Below, piece by piece: positions 54,068-58,215 of a stretch of 58,215 nt of DNA; position 1 is the first letter of the stretch, and each line of letters begins with the position of its first letter. The notes under the pieces are model-generated. The model searched no databases, was not told the DNA's origin, and was given only the letters and a program-made list of their open reading frames with translations. The stretch comes from a virus. Its lineage: Duplodnaviria > Caudoviricetes. Where the stretch lies: IMG/VR virus record IMGVR_UViG_3300042869_000303, positions 1 to 58,215 of that record. The stretch is one strand, 5' to 3'. The position numbers were made by a program, and so were the translations under genes.

Positions 54068-57000
54068 TTGGCAAAGATAAGTACATACGTCATTGACGGA
54101 ACGATAGTTGATGGTGACAAGGTTATTGGTAGTGATGCCAATAATGCCTTAGTCACCAAGAACTATACTGTTGGCGACTTGGTAAATTATTTTGCAGCCT
54201 CTATTGGTAACAACTTTTTAGTTCCTTACAACTTTGCAACCCAAGATGTAAACCTTGGGTTGTTTAGTCTTTCTGCAAACAACTTATCTTTAACGGGCAC
54301 CATCTCTTTATCGGGTAGCCAAGGACTGCCGGGTCAGGTTCCAATTAGTAACGGACCGGGGAATGACACCACTTGGGGTTACTATGTAGGCACACAAACG
54401 CTTCAAGGCGTATTAGACCTAGGGTATATAGCAACAGAAGCTATCTTACTCAATAATATAAATTCAAGAATAATTCTTGACACCAAAAACATTGACGGAC
54501 CTACTGCTGTTCGTGTTACTAACAAGCTGCCGTATAACAATGCTGCTATTTATGCTTCTGACACAATACATTTAGAGAGCAATCAGTTTGCTTACTCTCA
54601 AGACATTAATATTGACAGGACTGTATATGGTCTATCAGGCAACACGGTTACTTTAAAAACGGGGCAGTATAATAATCAGGACTTGATTCTTCCGGGCGTT
54701 GGTGGGGCATTGCTTGTATCTGTTAACGGTATATTTGGAGACTTGAGTGGAAATGTGATTGTGCCTAGCGACATTCCAACGTTAACAAGTGGGTCAGTTT
54801 TATTTTCAGATGGTACGACCATTGCTGAGGACAATGCCAACTTCTTTTGGGACGATACGAATAACAGATTAGGGATTGGTAATAATACTCCTTTATATCC
54901 TTTAGATGTAACAGGTACTATTAGAGGAAGTTCCGATGCTATTATTAATGGAGCAACTATTGGTCTTGGTTCAGGAAATATTTCTTCAAATATTGCTTTT
55001 GGAAGTTCAGCTTTGTCTTCTAATACTACAGGGTATAGCAATGTGGCTATTGGTTCAAGCGCAATGAGACTAAATACTACAGGAAGAACAAATCTTGCTG
55101 TTGGAGGGTTAGCTCTAGAGAAAAATATTATAGGATTTGGAAATATTGCTATTGGCGCATATGCTCTTCAAGAAAATTTATCTAATTATAATACAGCATT
55201 AGGATATACTGCTTTATATAAAAACACAACAGGAAATTATAATAGTGCAATTGGTTTTGGGTCGTTGCAAAGAAATACTACAGGTAGTTCTAATACAGCT
55301 TTTGGTTCACTTGCCTTAATAAATAGTACTACAGGCAGTTTTAATGCAGCATTTGGAAATTTTGTATTATATTATATATTGAGTGGTAGTAATAATAGTG
55401 CAATTGGGAGTTATGCAGGTAGTTATGTTAGTGACGGTATTTCACAATTAACCTCTGCTGATAATAGTATTTTTATTGGATATTATACAAAAGCGCTTGC
55501 TAACGGACAGACTAATCAGATTGTAATTGGTCATAGTGAAATAGGGTTGGGTAGCAATACCACTATAATAGGTAACGCCTCAACAGTCACCACGGCTCTT
55601 AGGGGCAACTTATTGCTTGGGTCAACTGTTGACACGGGCGGAATACTTCAGGTCACAGGAACGGCTAATATTAGCAGTACGGTAACTCTTGGGTCATTGT
55701 CAGGAGTAGGCACTAGGGTTGTTGTAGCTGATGCGTTAGGAGTTTTGTCGACTACTGCAATATCTAGTGGAACAGTTACAAGTGTAGGGCTATCTATGCC
55801 TGTAGCATTCACTGTAACCAATAGCCCTGTAACAAGTGCAGGAACATTAACGGTTACAGGAGCAGGTACAGCTTCTCAATATATTAGAGGTGATGGGCAG
55901 TTAGCTAATTTTCCTTCTAGTGGGGGTAGTGGTTCATCTGTTGCATATTATTTGAATGGTAGTGTTAGTCAGGGAACATTTGGTGGTGATGCGTATTATG
56001 AATTAAGTAGGACACCTGTGCTTAGTGCAGGAACTAACTTTACAAGAACAAGTGGAGCAGGTGATGGGTATATTGCTTCTTTTATAAGTGATGCAGGAGA
56101 CCCTAGCTTATTAAGCATTCCTGCAGGGAATTGGACTTTAGAATTTTATTTTAGTGCATCTGCAATTGGAGGCGCACCTAGATTTTATGGGGAGCTTTAT
56201 AAAGTTGATTCATCAAATGTTTTCACGTTAATTGCAAGTGAATCAGCTACCCCTGAGTTTATTACAAATGGCACTGCTATAGACCAATACTTTACATCTA
56301 TAAGTGTTCCACAAACTACACTGCTTGTAACAGATAGAATAGCTATAAGGATTTATGTTATTCCTACTACAAGAGATATAACATTACACACAGAAAACAC
56401 TACCTTATCAGAGGTATTAACTACATTCTCTACAGGATTAACAGCACTAAATGGATTAACTGAACAAGTTCAATTTTTAGCAGTAGGTACAAGTGGTACT
56501 GACTTTGCAATTAATTCTACCTCAGCTACACATACATTTAACCTACCTACGGCATCCGCAGCTAATAGAGGGGCTCTATCCTCAACAGATTGGAGTACAT
56601 TTAATGGTAAGTTTACACTGCCATCATTAACAGCAGGGTCAGTTTTATTTTCAAATGGAACAACAATCACTCAAGACAACGCTAATTTATTTTGGGATGA
56701 TACGAACAACAGGTTAGGTATTGGTACAGCTACACCATCTACAGCATTACAAGTCAATGGAGCCGCAACAGCAACATCACTAATAGTTAACACAAGTGGG
56801 CAAGGAAGAACAATTACAACATTCTATGGTGCCGGGAGTGATGGAAACAATATCTTTATTGGTGGTGGTGGATTAAGTAGTGGAACAGGTGGTGGTGCTT
56901 CTGTTCTTGGTTCTAACAATACATCGTTTGGTACTGAAGCATTACTTATTAATACAACAGGATATTACGGTACTGCTATTGGTTGGAGAGCATTATATTC

Positions 57001-58215
57001 CAATACAACAGGAAGAGATAATACAGCTAGTGGTAATCAATCATTATTTTCAAATTCAACAGGAAGAGACAATACAGCTAATGGTTTTCAATCATTGTTT
57101 ACAAATGGTATAGGAATATTAAACACAGCAGTTGGTTCTCAAGCATTATTTGCTAACACATCGGGAAATAATAACACAGCAATAGGTGTTGCCGCAGGTT
57201 ATTTAACAGGAGTTAATGCTAATACAACAGGTAATAATAACATATTTATAGGTGTTAATAGTTTAGGGGTAAGTTCAACAGAGTCTAATAGAACATGGAT
57301 AGGCAATAGTTCTACTAGCTCTACTTGGTTAGGTGGTAATTTGTTGTTAGGCACAACTACAGACTCAGGTCAGAAGTTACAAGTAACAGGAACGGCTATA
57401 ATATCAAGCACTACAACATTAAGCTCATTATCAGGTACAGGCTCTAGGATGGTGGTGGCTGACGCTACAGGTGTACTCTCAACCACAGCAATACCTAGTT
57501 TTACAATAACAGCATCAGCAATAGGAGGCGCTCCTAATGCTGAAGGTATTACTATATCAGGCACTAACTTAACATTAGAGCCTGCAGATGAAAATTTTGG
57601 AGGTGTTGTTACAACAGGTAATCAGAATTTCAATGGAAAAAAATATTTTTGGAACTCTATATATGTAGTTGATTCAGGAAATCTTCCCACTGTATCAATT
57701 GCGAATACAGGAATAACATTTGAAAATACAACATCAGGAGTTACTACTATAAATTCTACAAATCTTACAGGAATACAATCACTTGAATTACCTGATGCTA
57801 GTGGAACTTTTGCTTTAAGTATTAATAGTCTTTCTGCTGATGCACTAGGGAGTATTACACTTACTGCAGGAGATGTTGGAGCAGAACCTGCACTTGGCAA
57901 TCCATCTGTCAGCGGTTATGTGTTATCGTCTACAACAGCAGGTGTTAGGAGTTGGGTGGCAGCAGGGGGTAGTGGAATTACTTCTATAAATACCCTAACA
58001 GGTGCTTCGCAAACAATAGTTGCAGGGACAAGTGGAACTGATTTTGCTGTTAGTTCTACAGGTACTACACATACATTAAATCTTCCTACAGCATCTGCAG
58101 CTAATAGGGGCGCTTTAAGCTCTGCTGATTGGACTACGTTTAACAACAAGCAAAACGCAGTATCACTTACAACTACAGGAACAAGTGGAGCAGCTACATT
58201 CAATCCAACGACAGG
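54068..58215 (+). CDS. long modular tail fibre / receptor-binding protein, truncated by the window end
   Basis: TTG start; frame spot-checked at 54.1-55.2, 56.6 and 58.1 kb and consistent; G/S/T/N-rich with NTAxG..AL..NTTG repeats and duplicated modules; absent from the ORF track because no stop codon is reached. Confidence 0.85.
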   Translation, partial: MAKISTYVIDGTIVDGDKVIGSDANNALVTKNYTVGDLVNYFAASIGNNFLVPYNFATQDVNLGLFSLSANNLSLTGTISLSGSQGLPGQVPISNGPGNDTTWGYYVGTQTLQGVLDLGYIATEAILLNNINSRIILDTKNIDGPTAVRVTNKLPYNNAAIYASDTIHLESNQFAYSQDINIDRTVYGLSGNTVTLKTGQYNNQDLILPGVGGALLVSVNGIFGDLSGNVIVPSDIPTLTSGSVLFSDGTTIAEDNANFFWDDTNNRLGIGNNTPLYPLDVTGTIRGSSDAIINGATIGLGSGNISSNIAFGSSALSSNTTGYSNVAIGSSAMRLNTTGRTNLAVGGLALEKNIIGFGNIAIGAYALQENLSNYNTALGYTALYKNTTGNYNSAIGFGSLQRNTTGSSNTAFGSLALINSTTGSFNAAFGNFVLYYILSGSNNSAIGSYAGSYVSDGISQLTSADNSIFIGYYTKALANGQTNQIVIGHSEIGLGSNTTIIGNASTVTTALRGNLLLGSTVDTGGILQVTGTANISSTVTLGSLSGVGTRVVVADALGVLSTTAISSGTVTSVGLSMPVAFTVTNSPVTSAGTLTVTGAGTASQYIRGDGQLANFPSSGGSGSSVAYYLNGSVSQGTFGGDAYYELSRTPVLSAGTNFTRTSGAGDGYIASFISDAGDPSLLSIPAGNWTLEFYFSASAIGGAPRFYGELYKVDSSNVFTLIASESATPEFITNGTAIDQYFTSISVPQTTLLVTDRIAIRIYVIPTTRDITLHTENTTLSEVLTTFSTGLTALNGLTEQVQFLAVGTSGTDFAINSTSATHTFNLPTASAANRGALSSTDWSTFNGKFTLPSLTAGSVLFSNGTTITQDNANLFWDDTNNRLGIGTATPSTALQVNGAATATSLIVNTSGQGRTITTFYGAGSDGNNIFIGGGGLSSGTGGGASVLGSNNTSFGTEALLINTTGYYGTAIGWRALYSNTTGRDNTASGNQSLFSNSTGRDNTANGFQSLFTNGIGILNTAVGSQALFANTSGNNNTAIGVAAGYLTGVNANTTGNNNIFIGVNSLGVSSTESNRTWIGNSSTSSTWLGGNLLLGTTTDSGQKLQVTGTAIISSTTTLSSLSGTGSRMVVADATGVLSTTAIPSFTITASAIGGAPNAEGITISGTNLTLEPADENFGGVVTTGNQNFNGKKYFWNSIYVVDSGNLPTVSIANTGITFENTTSGVTTINSTNLTGIQSLELPDASGTFALSINSLSADALGSITLTAGDVGAEPALGNPSVSGYVLSSTTAGVRSWVAAGGSGITSINTLTGASQTIVAGTSGTDFAVSSTGTTHTLNLPTASAANRGALSSADWTTFNNKQNAVSLTTTGTSGAATFNPTT

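Noticed and set aside
1-58215. Stop-codon reassignment as in some crAss-like phages
   Set aside because: Long genes are intact under the standard code, and TAG and TGA end well-placed genes (e.g. 2433, 10500, 52260, 4660)
54068-58215. Diversity-generating retroelement or invertase-driven fibre switching
   Set aside because: No reverse transcriptase or invertase is visible, and the repeat differences look synonymous rather than adenine-specific

Overview
The window is most of the genome of a lytic, podovirus-type dsDNA tailed phage that probably infects Bacteroidota. The host call rests on TAnnTTTG promoter boxes, A-rich translation starts without Shine-Dalgarno sequences, and a VirE/BT4734-type primase. 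The head/tail module resembles that of Cellulophaga phi38:1-like and crAss-related podoviruses; this placement is inferred, not searched. Plus strand 1-31352: u-spanin candidate, tandem GroES-like protein, 2OG-Fe(II) oxygenase, terminase, portal, scaffold, major capsid, tail ring and nozzle proteins, and three ejection proteins including a 3384-aa polyvalent protein. Minus strand 31349-46526: nucleases, SF2 helicase, primase-helicase, SSB, RecE/Sak recombination pair, two stand-alone DnaA domain-IV proteins, a tRNA-like element and small early genes. A 680-bp divergent control region (46527-47207) carries DnaA-like boxes and palindromes. Plus strand 47208-end: groEL-groES, a cluster of small mostly basic proteins, holin and endolysin candidates, and a tail fibre ORF of more than 1380 aa that runs off the end and is missing from the ORF track. 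No DNA polymerase, RNA polymerase or integrase is visible. Best leads: (1) small genes overprinted in the +1 frame of the giant ejection gene, plus a structured poly-A slip site near its start; (2) a three-gene chaperonin system with a two-domain GroES beside the head genes; (3) DnaA-box-like sites over the putative early promoter together with two mini-DnaA proteins; (4) a tRNA-like RNA with a collapsed anticodon loop; (5) apparent genome-wide CCAG/CTGG avoidance. All protein calls come from motif recognition by eye.
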